The position numbers were made by a program, and so were the translations under genes. From an uncultured bacterium (GTDB lineage: Bacteria; Acidobacteriota; HRBIN11; JAKEFK01): DNA of 64,000 nt. Location of the stretch: assembly GCA_963777505.1 (NCBI GenBank), contig CAVZQN010000004.1, positions 1,376,001 to 1,440,000 on the forward strand. The letters are read 5' to 3'. This document shows, piece by piece, positions 1 to 8,638 of the stretch; within the stretch, counting starts at the first letter, position 1; each line of letters opens with the position of its first letter. Below the pieces are notes generated by a model, which worked only from the letters and a program-made list of their open reading frames with translations, searched no databases and had not been told where the DNA came from.

Positions 1-32
1 ATTATTTTATTTCCTGCCGTTTTATTGAACTT

Positions 33-201
33 TAGCCCCCAGCGTAAGCTGGGGGTAGAAAGGATTCTGACGCGATCGAGCCCGCCATTTTAATGGCGGG
101 CGTAAGAGCAAATTCTAGAAACTAATTTTAATCTTGCGCCCGCCTAAGGCGGGCTAAAACATTCTGATACCCTTTATCCCCCGGCTTACGCCGGGGGCTA
201 C
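33..201. repeat. REP/REPIN-like nested palindromic element
   Basis: Outer arms tagcccccagcgtaagctggggg / ccccggcttacgccgggggcta are near reverse complements. Inner hairpins cccgcc-attttaat-ggcggg and cccgcc-taa-ggcggg. Confidence 0.75.
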
Positions 202-260
202 CTTCCGTGTTTCCGTGATATGCTTTCGGTTTTATTAACCACAAAGACACAAAGGACACA

Positions 261-935
261 ATGGAAATAATTAAGCAGTTGATCGATTTCATTCTTCACA
301 TTGACAGCCATATGGCTGAAATTATTCGCAGTTATGGCGTTTGGACTTATGCCATCCTCTTCTTAATCATTTTTTGTGAAACGGGATTTGTGGTTACACC
401 ATTTTTGCCTGGAGATTCACTCTTATTTGCTTGTGGCGCTTTAGCCGCGAGTACTGGAGCCTTAGATCCAACGCTTTTGATCGTTCTCTTATCCATTGCA
501 GCAATTGCCGGTGATACTGTGAACTATTGGATCGGAGCCTATATTGGTCCGAAAGCATTTGCGAAAGAGGACTCACGCTTTTTCAAAAGGAAATACTTGA
601 TTCAAACGCATGAGTTTTACGAAAAATATGGCGGTAAAACAATCATCATTGCCCGGTTTATGCCAATCGTGCGTACATTTGCGCCGTTTGTCGCAGGCAT
701 CGGCAAAATGACGTATCCAAAATTTCTTGCATATAACGTAATCGGCGGGATCGTTTGGATTACTAGTTTTGTTTTGCTTGGCTACTTCTTCGGTAATATT
801 CCTATAGTGAAAAGAAATTTCACTCTAGTGATCATTGCGATCATCATTCTCTCTATTCTTCCAAGCATCATCGAAGTAATCCGTCATCGCAGAAGAAATG
901 TAAACCGGGCCACTGAAGGTGACCCGGCGAAATAA
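261..935 (+). CDS. dedA: DedA family membrane protein
   Basis: IIFCETG..PFLPGDSLLF and IARFMPIVRTFAPFVAG motifs; several TM segments. Confidence 0.95.
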   Translation: MEIIKQLIDFILHIDSHMAEIIRSYGVWTYAILFLIIFCETGFVVTPFLPGDSLLFACGALAASTGALDPTLLIVLLSIAAIAGDTVNYWIGAYIGPKAFAKEDSRFFKRKYLIQTHEFYEKYGGKTIIIARFMPIVRTFAPFVAGIGKMTYPKFLAYNVIGGIVWITSFVLLGYFFGNIPIVKRNFTLVIIAIIILSILPSIIEVIRHRRRNVNRATEGDPAK

Positions 936-938
936 AGA

Positions 939-2438
939 TTATTTCTTATCTCCCATCAGCTTTGACATTACACTGTGATGTCTGCCATACGCAAAATAGA
1001 TGATGAAACCGATACCCAGCCAGATAACTAAACGTAACCAGTTTTCAGCAGGGAGGGAGAACATCAACGTCAAACAGAGGATGATTCCCATAATAGGAAC
1101 GAAAGGAACAAATGGGACCTTGAACGGCCGTTCTGCTTCCGGATGTTTCTTGCGCATGATCAGTACCGCTGCACATACGATTACAAACGCTAACAACGTG
1201 CCGATGTTGACTAGCTCCGCCAAAATGCGCAACGGGAGGAATGCAGCAAGAATTGCAACAAAGATTCCGGTTAATATTGTCGATTTCCATGGCGTTCTAA
1301 ATTTCTCATGAACTGCGCCAAAAAAACTGTTCGGTACCAACCCATCTCTTGCCATTGCAAGCAAAACGCGTGGCTGGCTGAGCATCATTACCAACAACAC
1401 AGATGTAATTCCTGCCAGTGCGCCTAAAGAAATCAGGAATTGTGCCCAGGTAAGTCCAACTTGTCTAAAGGCATCAGAAACAGGCGCATCAATATTTATG
1501 TTTTTGTAAGGCACCATTCCTGTGAGTACTCCTGAAACAAGAATGTAAAGGATTGTACAAATAATCAGTGATGCGATGATGCCGATTGGGACATCTCTTT
1601 TTGGATTTTTTGCTTCTTCCGCATGCGTTGATACAGAATCAAATCCAATGTAAGCAAAGAATATTGTGGCGGCTCCAGCAAGCATGCCGAGTGGCTCACC
1701 TCCTAACCCTTCTTGTCCGAACAAGGTTTTTCCAAAGAAGCTGATCCCAGTCAGTCCGAATGGTGCAAAAGGTTTCCAGTTATCGGGATTTACGTAAAAG
1801 ATTCCAACACCGATCACCATGAGTACAATCGCAAGTTTGACGACGACCATGGCCGTATTAAAACTCGCGCTCTCCCGAATCCCTTTTACCAATATTACAG
1901 TCACCATGAGTGCAATCAGGATCGCAGGGAGATCAAACCATGTTTGTGTTGATACTAATCTCCCGACTGATGGATCGTAATCGAAAGGAGCGGTGGTAAA
2001 AATGTGTGGAATCTTGATGCCAAATATTCCTATAAAATCCTGAAAGTAGTGGGACCACCCATGTGCCACTGTTGCAGATCCTACTGCATATTCGAGCACA
2101 AGATCCCAACCCATTATCCAGGCGAATAGCTCACCGAGGGTGGCATACGCATATGTATAGGCAGAGCCAGCAACTGGAACCATCGATGCAAATTCGGCGT
2201 AACACAAAGCTGCCATAATACAAGCAAGTCCTGCCACTACAAACGACAACATCAGTGCCGGACCGGTTTTGTCATGCGCAGCCTGTCCTACTAAAACAAA
2301 AATTCCCGTGCCGATAATCGCACCAACACCGAGACTTGTCAGTTGAACAGGACCAAGAATTCGACGGAGACGATTATCGCTCTCCATCTCTTCATAAAGT
2401 AGTTTCAGAGGTTTTCTCGCCCAAAGTTGACTACCCAT
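939..2438 (-). CDS. APC-superfamily (CAT-like) amino acid permease
   Basis: LGVGAIIGTGIF, YAEFASMVPVAGSAYTY and FFAYIGFDSVST motifs; about 12-13 TM helices. Confidence 0.95.
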   Translation of the reverse strand: MGSQLWARKPLKLLYEEMESDNRLRRILGPVQLTSLGVGAIIGTGIFVLVGQAAHDKTGPALMLSFVVAGLACIMAALCYAEFASMVPVAGSAYTYAYATLGELFAWIMGWDLVLEYAVGSATVAHGWSHYFQDFIGIFGIKIPHIFTTAPFDYDPSVGRLVSTQTWFDLPAILIALMVTVILVKGIRESASFNTAMVVVKLAIVLMVIGVGIFYVNPDNWKPFAPFGLTGISFFGKTLFGQEGLGGEPLGMLAGAATIFFAYIGFDSVSTHAEEAKNPKRDVPIGIIASLIICTILYILVSGVLTGMVPYKNINIDAPVSDAFRQVGLTWAQFLISLGALAGITSVLLVMMLSQPRVLLAMARDGLVPNSFFGAVHEKFRTPWKSTILTGIFVAILAAFLPLRILAELVNIGTLLAFVIVCAAVLIMRKKHPEAERPFKVPFVPFVPIMGIILCLTLMFSLPAENWLRLVIWLGIGFIIYFAYGRHHSVMSKLMGDKK

Positions 2439-2479
2439 CGTGGGTTACTCCTTGTGGTGAAGTTTAATCGTTTATGTTT

Positions 2480-4297
2480 CTAGAAAATAAAAACACCTAC
2501 GAGGTAAGCTGCTGTGAACAATGCTAAAACGATAGCAATGTTGGAAGCCTTTTGTGCGTTGACTAAGTTCTCTCCCGTAACACCGGCTTCTTTCGCACGG
2601 TTAGCGCGAATGATAATGACTGGAAAAAGAATGATCAAGAACAATGCCAATGGAACAATAAGCCAACCTGAGGCGTCAAAGAACCAACCAGCAGGCGTTT
2701 TTCCAGATTGTCTTGCTGCATCAGCAAAATGAGTAATGAACATGAGAATGATTCCCCAGACGGCCAAAAATGCACCATTTGATGCTGTCCTCGCATCATG
2801 ATTTGCAGTATTTTCAGCAAGGTGTCGTCCGGTAAGTCGACTCTTCACGCTGCCATACAATACATATACGATGATTCCAACACTTAACCACGCTGTAAAA
2901 CGCAACCAGGATGTGGGCGGCAAATAGCCAATTAAAAACAAACATCCAGCCGCTGCAGTGACTGGAAGTACGATGCCGAATGGCACACGAAATGGTCTGT
3001 GTCTATTGGGATCTTTTTTACGAAGAATAATAATACCAATACAAACCAGGATGAACGCGAAAAGCGTTCCTATGTTTGTTAAGTCCACCATTTCTTCCAA
3101 ACTTGTAAAAAGTGTAAAAATTCCTACACCGATACCAGTCAGAATTGTGGATCCCCATGGAGTCTTATATTTCGGGTGAACTTTTCTAAAAATCGCAGGT
3201 AGTAATCCATCACGAGACATTGAAAAGAAAATGCGAGTTTGTCCCATTTGAAATACGAATAAAACTGCCGTGTGCGCAATAACAGATCCAGCAGCTACGA
3301 TCTTTAAAGCCCATCCGCGAATGTTTGCATACTCCATCGCGATCGTGAGTGGTTCCGCTTGTTGCGTAGATAGAAGATTTTTTAGCGCGGAATAAGGAAT
3401 CATCCCGGTAAAAACTGCAGCGATCAAAATATAGAAAAGAGTACAGATAATGAGTGAGGCAATAATACCAATAGGAAGATTTCGCTGAGGATCACGCGTT
3501 TCTTCTGCCGCCGTAGAGACGGCATCAAATCCTATGTAAGCGAAAAAGATGACAGCGGCGCCTCGAAAAACCCCCACCCACCCATTTGGCATGAAGGGTA
3601 CCCAGTTTCCCGAATCAATAGCCTTCCAGCTTATGACGACAAAGAAGGTCAGCACGATGAGCTTGAGAACAACCATTCCCGCGTTAAACCAGGCACTTTC
3701 GCGAATGCCGATGAGTAAGATCCCGGTGATAATTGCGATAATCAGCAATGCAAGTACATTCACGATTATTGGAACGCCGAATATATGTGGTGCGCTTTCC
3801 AATAAGCCTGGGATTTTGTGAGCCGTATGATAGTCAACCGATAACCAGTCAGGGATGATTATCCCAATTTCGCGGGATAGGGTTTTGAAATAATTACCCC
3901 AACTAATTGCTACTGCGACGTTACCTACGCCGTATTCAATAATGAGATCCCAACCGATAATCCACGCGATGACCTCACCCAATGTTGCATATGAATAGGT
4001 ATATGCAGACCCAGCAATGGGTACCATTGCCGCAATTTCGGCATAACAAAGGGCCACGAATGCGCAAACAATTCCAGCAATCACGAATGAAAGCATGAGC
4101 GCCGGCCCTGCTCCGACTCGTTGGAGATCACCAGCGGCCGCCGTTCCGATAGTGGCAAAAATTCCGGCACCTATGATAGCGCCAACACCAAGCAATGTGA
4201 TATGAACTGGACCGAGAACTCTTCGCAGGGACTGATTTGGTGCTTCAGATTCTTTTAGAATGTCGTCAAGGTTTTTGACGGAAAACATGCCGCGCAT
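2480..4297 (-). CDS. APC-superfamily amino acid permease, paralogue with a C-terminal membrane extension
   Basis: Same motifs (GAIIGAGIF, AGSAYTYSY, FFAYIGFDAVST). Start placed at ATG 4297, downstream of an AGGAGG RBS. Confidence 0.92.
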   Translation of the reverse strand: MRGMFSVKNLDDILKESEAPNQSLRRVLGPVHITLLGVGAIIGAGIFATIGTAAAGDLQRVGAGPALMLSFVIAGIVCAFVALCYAEIAAMVPIAGSAYTYSYATLGEVIAWIIGWDLIIEYGVGNVAVAISWGNYFKTLSREIGIIIPDWLSVDYHTAHKIPGLLESAPHIFGVPIIVNVLALLIIAIITGILLIGIRESAWFNAGMVVLKLIVLTFFVVISWKAIDSGNWVPFMPNGWVGVFRGAAVIFFAYIGFDAVSTAAEETRDPQRNLPIGIIASLIICTLFYILIAAVFTGMIPYSALKNLLSTQQAEPLTIAMEYANIRGWALKIVAAGSVIAHTAVLFVFQMGQTRIFFSMSRDGLLPAIFRKVHPKYKTPWGSTILTGIGVGIFTLFTSLEEMVDLTNIGTLFAFILVCIGIIILRKKDPNRHRPFRVPFGIVLPVTAAAGCLFLIGYLPPTSWLRFTAWLSVGIIVYVLYGSVKSRLTGRHLAENTANHDARTASNGAFLAVWGIILMFITHFADAARQSGKTPAGWFFDASGWLIVPLALFLIILFPVIIIRANRAKEAGVTGENLVNAQKASNIAIVLALFTAAYLVGVFIF

Positions 4298-4400
4298 GCG
4301 TATCCCTCCTGTCGACTGCAAACACTATATCAGAGAAATAAAAAGGAACATATGGGATTTTCTGACACTTGAAACCGTGATATATACTGGCCGCAAATAG

Positions 4401-4895
4401 ATGAAAATAAAAGCATCTGATACGGTTCGAGTGTATCGTACCGGCGGGGGAGGGCCATACTTATTTATTTCAATTCCGATGATGGCAATGGGTGCATATC
4501 TATTTTATCTTGGAGTCGCCGAATTAACGCACAACCGTGAACCGATCCCCTCCATCGTTTTCCTGATTATTGGAACGATTTTTCTGCTGATTGGAACCCT
4601 TCTTACTTTGTTTCGCGCAGGAGTTACTTTAGACCGGATTCAAGGGACTGCATCTCAGTGGCGTAAAATATTTCGTCACAAAACAAATGCCGTTCATTAT
4701 TTAAGGGAGTTTAGTTCGATTCAGCTTTTTATTCATCGGAGTGCAAAACGTACTGGACATATTGTTCAACTTGCCGGTGAGTCTAAGAAGTTAATTCTGT
4801 GCGATCTCTTGAATCTTGAAGCTGCAAAGCAATGTGCCGATGATGCGTCCAGCTTTTTGTCGCTGCCTGTCGTAGATAGCGCGAGTGAGGTTTAA
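4401..4895 (+). CDS. Hypothetical protein with two N-terminal TM helices and a beta-rich soluble domain
   Basis: 164-aa ORF filling the gap; two hydrophobic segments. Confidence 0.7.
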   Translation: MKIKASDTVRVYRTGGGGPYLFISIPMMAMGAYLFYLGVAELTHNREPIPSIVFLIIGTIFLLIGTLLTLFRAGVTLDRIQGTASQWRKIFRHKTNAVHYLREFSSIQLFIHRSAKRTGHIVQLAGESKKLILCDLLNLEAAKQCADDASSFLSLPVVDSASEV

Positions 4896-4902
4896 TTCGG
4901 GA

Positions 4903-5052
4903 TTTGTACCGCTGGCTTCCAGCCGGCTCTAAACCCTTACCTACGAAGATCATGAAGAGCACGAAGTAGATAAATTATTTTCTTTTAAGATTGTTTTCCT
5001 TCGTGTGCATCCCTGGCTGTATGAGCTCTGCCGGCAATGCCAGCGTTACAAA
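4903..5052. repeat. REP-like inverted pair with nested cacgaag repeats, between convergent genes
   Basis: tttgtaccgctggcttccagccggc / gccggcaatgccagcgttacaaa enclose acgaagatcatgaagagcacgaag ... cttcgtg. Confidence 0.6.
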
Positions 5053-5060
5053 CCCCAAAA

Positions 5061-5477
5061 TCAATCCTTCTCTTCCTCTTTCTCTTCCTCATTTGCATCA
5101 AGTGAAATTGGAGCGCTAAAAAGCTGTCCCGATGGCTCTCGAACTCCGTACAATGAGGGTATACTTCCGCCTCGTTGATAGTATTCCGGATATGGTAACG
5201 GTGGTTGCCATTCATATGTTTCAATCGCCAGCCGTTGCTCTAGTGATGGCAATTGAATGTTCAATGCAGGATATTTTGTCGATTCGACTTCAACGACTTC
5301 ATGTTTACCTGTCATATCCGATGTGTCTACTTCAGGAAGGGGTCTCAAGAGTTCTTTTGGATAAACGAGAATACTCTTCTTTTGAGGCTCTTTTTTGGGG
5401 GTCTCTTGGGATTGTGGCTCTTCGCCAAAGATTGCTGTTGAAGCAAGGAGAAACACTAAGAGAATGAACATCCGCAT
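5061..5477 (-). CDS. Hypothetical exported protein
   Basis: AAGGAGG RBS; signal peptide MRMFILLVFLLASTAIFG; acidic C-terminus. Confidence 0.75.
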   Translation of the reverse strand: MRMFILLVFLLASTAIFGEEPQSQETPKKEPQKKSILVYPKELLRPLPEVDTSDMTGKHEVVEVESTKYPALNIQLPSLEQRLAIETYEWQPPLPYPEYYQRGGSIPSLYGVREPSGQLFSAPISLDANEEEKEEEKD

Positions 5478-5647
5478 ATTTTCCTCCTTCTTATAAGATA
5501 TAAGATTTTTGAGCTTACTGCTCGGACTTTTTTTGCCTTAATTATATGAAACGCTTTTACCAGGACAGAATAATCCGAAAGCACTACAAGAAAGCACGAT
5601 GGTAGATCAGATTTGATTTTACGTGCTGAATAGTCGAGAATTCTTAC

Positions 5648-5989
5648 ATGCAAATACGTTTTCTCAGCCGACTATTTCAAACAACGAAGGAACCAGAGTC
5701 GAAGCCCACAACAAGCGACTCGATTACGAAACCGGTTCAGCCGAAAATCTCTGAGGCGCAGGACAGCTTTGAGGCGGCACCCCAACGAGGTTCCTATTTT
5801 TCAGGAAAATACCTTTCACAAACAGATCTTCAGCAGGAACAGAATTATTCCAGGGATCAAAACTCCGAAAGTTTAGTGAAATTCGATGCCGGTGAAATTC
5901 GGAATGCGTATGTCATCGGAAACCTATGGGATTCTAAGGACACTCCAACTGCCATAAAAAAGAAAGATTCTGATTCGGATGATGATTAA
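5648..5989 (+). CDS. Small acidic hypothetical protein with a VgrG/Gp5 OB-fold-like motif near the C-terminus
   Basis: ESLVKFDAGEIRNAYVIGNLWDSKDTP resembles the EVLVAFExGDxxxPYVIGxLWNGxDxPP segment of baseplate spike proteins (by-eye recognition). Confidence 0.55.
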   Translation: MQIRFLSRLFQTTKEPESKPTTSDSITKPVQPKISEAQDSFEAAPQRGSYFSGKYLSQTDLQQEQNYSRDQNSESLVKFDAGEIRNAYVIGNLWDSKDTPTAIKKKDSDSDDD

Positions 5990-6022
5990 TTACTTTGTTC
6001 TAGCTGAAGGCTAACGCACCGA

Positions 6023-7138
6023 CTAAGAAGCGAGCCGTGGGGATGTTAATAGAATCCGAACTAAATCGGATTGGCGGTTAGCACCGGTTTTCAAAAAAAT
6101 AGATTTCAGATGGCTGCGGACCGTGTTCACCTTGATTTCAAATTCTCTTGCAACTTGCATGACATTTTTGCCCTGCAGCAGTGCTGAAGATAATCGCGCC
6201 TCCGTGGGAGTGAGTCCATAAAGTTTACGAAATATTTCCTTGGGACCTGGAATTGCCAGATCCGGATCGCTGATAAAAAGCGCGGCGACAGCAGTATGGT
6301 TTTCAAACGAATACTCTCGCGAAAGCAATGGTGAAATCAATACGGGCAATGGCTGTGCGTGAAGTCTCCGTGATACCATCAACGCTCCACCAGTATTTTC
6401 TAGAGATCCATTCAAGTCAGATGATGCTTTTCGGATTAGTTCCTGCAATTTCCTATTGTCAAAAGCATTGACGGCGTGTATTTCGTTCCGCTTAATGATC
6501 AACCCGTTGCCTTGACCAGTAACGGTTTTGGCACTTTTGTTTGCAAGAATAATCTTTTTACTCTGATCCACTAGCACTACACCTGTTGGTAAACGGTCTA
6601 ACACTTCGAGCAAAGTATCACGCTCACCTTCAAGCATCGTGATACGTCCCAAAAAATAATTCTTTAGAATCTCTGCCTTCTGTTTATTTTCATTTTTATC
6701 CTGGATCTGGATGTCAATTACATACCTAACCCGCTTTACTATTAGCTGGAGGAAATTCCATGTGTTCGCCCAAAAACTTCTCATCAAGCGCCGAAAATCT
6801 TCCCGTTTTAAGATGAACGCTGTAACACGAGTTTTTGCGATCAAAGAAATGCGAAAAGGGTCATCATCAATTAAAGCCAGTTCGCCGATTGTATCTCCCG
6901 GAATTCTATGAGTCACTAAACTTCCATCCAAAAAGACTTCTGCTGTTCCCTCAGTAATCACGTATAAAGCTTTCCAAGGTTGATTTTCTGCCTGGAGTTC
7001 TTCTCCAGGATTGAAGCGCACCTTCTCGATTTTTCGCGCAATCTTACGCAGTAATGTTTCGGGGAGTTTTGTAAAAACTTCGATCCGTTTAAGGAGAATC
7101 AGACTTTCATTGAAAGTAGTCTTTTTTCGTACAGACAT
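6023..7138 (-). CDS. Transcriptional regulator: cNMP-binding domain + PAS-like domain + LuxR-type HTH
   Basis: LYVITEGTAEV..PGDTIGELALID (cNMP); LDRLPTGVVLVD..ILAN (PAS); YGLTPTEARL..VNTVRSHLKSIFLKTG (LuxR HTH). Confidence 0.88.
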   Translation of the reverse strand: MSVRKKTTFNESLILLKRIEVFTKLPETLLRKIARKIEKVRFNPGEELQAENQPWKALYVITEGTAEVFLDGSLVTHRIPGDTIGELALIDDDPFRISLIAKTRVTAFILKREDFRRLMRSFWANTWNFLQLIVKRVRYVIDIQIQDKNENKQKAEILKNYFLGRITMLEGERDTLLEVLDRLPTGVVLVDQSKKIILANKSAKTVTGQGNGLIIKRNEIHAVNAFDNRKLQELIRKASSDLNGSLENTGGALMVSRRLHAQPLPVLISPLLSREYSFENHTAVAALFISDPDLAIPGPKEIFRKLYGLTPTEARLSSALLQGKNVMQVAREFEIKVNTVRSHLKSIFLKTGANRQSDLVRILLTSPRLAS

Positions 7139-7234
7139 TTTTTCTCTCTAAATATTCGCTTTCTTTTCTCCCTTAAATGGGTGTTGGGCGCGGAATTGTA
7201 TTTCCTTATTATACCAACCATTTACTACGGAAAG

Positions 7235-8170
7235 ATGATGCACCAGATGTCGAACACTATTTTAGCAATCGGAGCCCTATTCGGACCGTATCGAATCCTT
7301 TCTCGGTTAGTAATAAGAGGATCCGGAGAATTGTATCGAGTAAGGGACATCCAATCTGAACGAGAACTAGCACTCAAGGTTTTATCCACGAACACTCACG
7401 GCGATCGTGAAGGATTAAATCTTCTCAAACTCCATGTAAATGAACTGGCTCAACTCTCTCACAAAAACATTTTAGCCATCAGGGATGTGGGAGTGGAGAA
7501 TAACATCTGCTATGCGGTTACTGAACTGATCGAAGGACAAACTCTCCAATCAAAATTGTCCCAATTTCCAGTTTCCTGGCAAAAGGCGGTCCAGTGGACC
7601 ATTGATATCGCTGAAGCCCTTGCCGCGGCTCACTCCATCGGGATGGTACATGGTGACCTCAATCCAAAAAGTATCTATGTGACTTCCGATGAATGTATCA
7701 AGATCCTGGATTTCGGATTAACTCGTTTTAGCAAGCCAAGAGTCGGAGCTGTTATGAATTCTGCTCCTTATCTGTCTCCCGAGCAGGTAGCGGGAGATGA
7801 TGCCGATTTCCGCAGCGACATCTTTTCTTTGGGCTGTTTACTGTACGAGATGATCAGTGGCCGATATGCATTCGGGCGTCCTTCCGTATTTGAAACTGTA
7901 AGTGCCATCATGAAGCAAGAACCGCAGAAACTTTCGGAATTGAAGAAAGATATTCCGTTAGAGCTTGATCGGATCATCTCGCATTGTTTAGAAAAGAAGC
8001 GTGGATCTCGTTATGCGTCAGCACGCGATTTGATCTTGGAATTGCGTCAAGTACTCGATCTCCTGGATGGCCGGATGGGATTGCCAAAAAACCGGCACTG
8101 GACCGCGGCAATCTCCGCAACAGCGATCATGGTTACCCTGCTTTATCTCAAATTCTGTGCCGCAGGTTAA
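7235..8170 (+). CDS. Hanks-type Ser/Thr kinase-like protein with C-terminal TM helix, degenerate catalytic motifs
   Basis: LALKVL, HGDLNPKS, KILDFG, YLSPEQ and SDIFSLG motifs. Start probably ATG 7235-7247 rather than TTG 7181. Confidence 0.85.
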   Translation: MMHQMSNTILAIGALFGPYRILSRLVIRGSGELYRVRDIQSERELALKVLSTNTHGDREGLNLLKLHVNELAQLSHKNILAIRDVGVENNICYAVTELIEGQTLQSKLSQFPVSWQKAVQWTIDIAEALAAAHSIGMVHGDLNPKSIYVTSDECIKILDFGLTRFSKPRVGAVMNSAPYLSPEQVAGDDADFRSDIFSLGCLLYEMISGRYAFGRPSVFETVSAIMKQEPQKLSELKKDIPLELDRIISHCLEKKRGSRYASARDLILELRQVLDLLDGRMGLPKNRHWTAAISATAIMVTLLYLKFCAAG

Positions 8171-8308
8171 AACAAAAACAAAGATAAGCGCCTTTTATTT
8201 TGGATTCTTTCTTCTAACTCAAAAAGGGGTGCGATGCAATGTCGCGCCTCTTTTCTTTACGGAAAAAGCATATGAGAACAGTGATGAGAAGCATGATAAA
8301 ACAATCGT

Positions 8309-8638
8309 ATGATACCTATCCGGTGTCATGAAGGCATCCTGCTCGTTGATCCGGATAAAATCAGTTGGGTTAAAGCAGCACGAAACTCCGTGAAGGTTCA
8401 CTTTGATGGACAAGTGTGTTCTCTGAAAAGCTCCCTGGAGTGCGTGGAACAACAACTCTATAGTAGTAATTTTGTTCGAATTCAGAGATGTACTATTGTT
8501 AATGTGAATTGCATTCGTGAATTAAGGCATTGGCTGCGTGGAACCTTTCAGGTGCATTTAGAGGATGGAACGCAGTTGTTGTTAAGCAAAAGCTATCGGA
8601 TGAATTTTTTCAAACAGCTTCGGCTACAGTCATATTGA
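8309..8638 (+). CDS. Stand-alone LytTR DNA-binding domain protein
   Basis: ISWVKAARNSVKVH..FVRIQRCTIVNVNCI..LEDGTQLLLSKSY matches LytTR; no receiver domain. Confidence 0.85.
   Translation: MIPIRCHEGILLVDPDKISWVKAARNSVKVHFDGQVCSLKSSLECVEQQLYSSNFVRIQRCTIVNVNCIRELRHWLRGTFQVHLEDGTQLLLSKSYRMNFFKQLRLQSY

Noticed and set aside
33-201. CRISPR array or tRNA/ncRNA in the palindrome-rich start of the window
   Set aside because: No direct repeats with unique spacers and no cloverleaf or T-loop motif; the structure fits REP-like nested inverted repeats.
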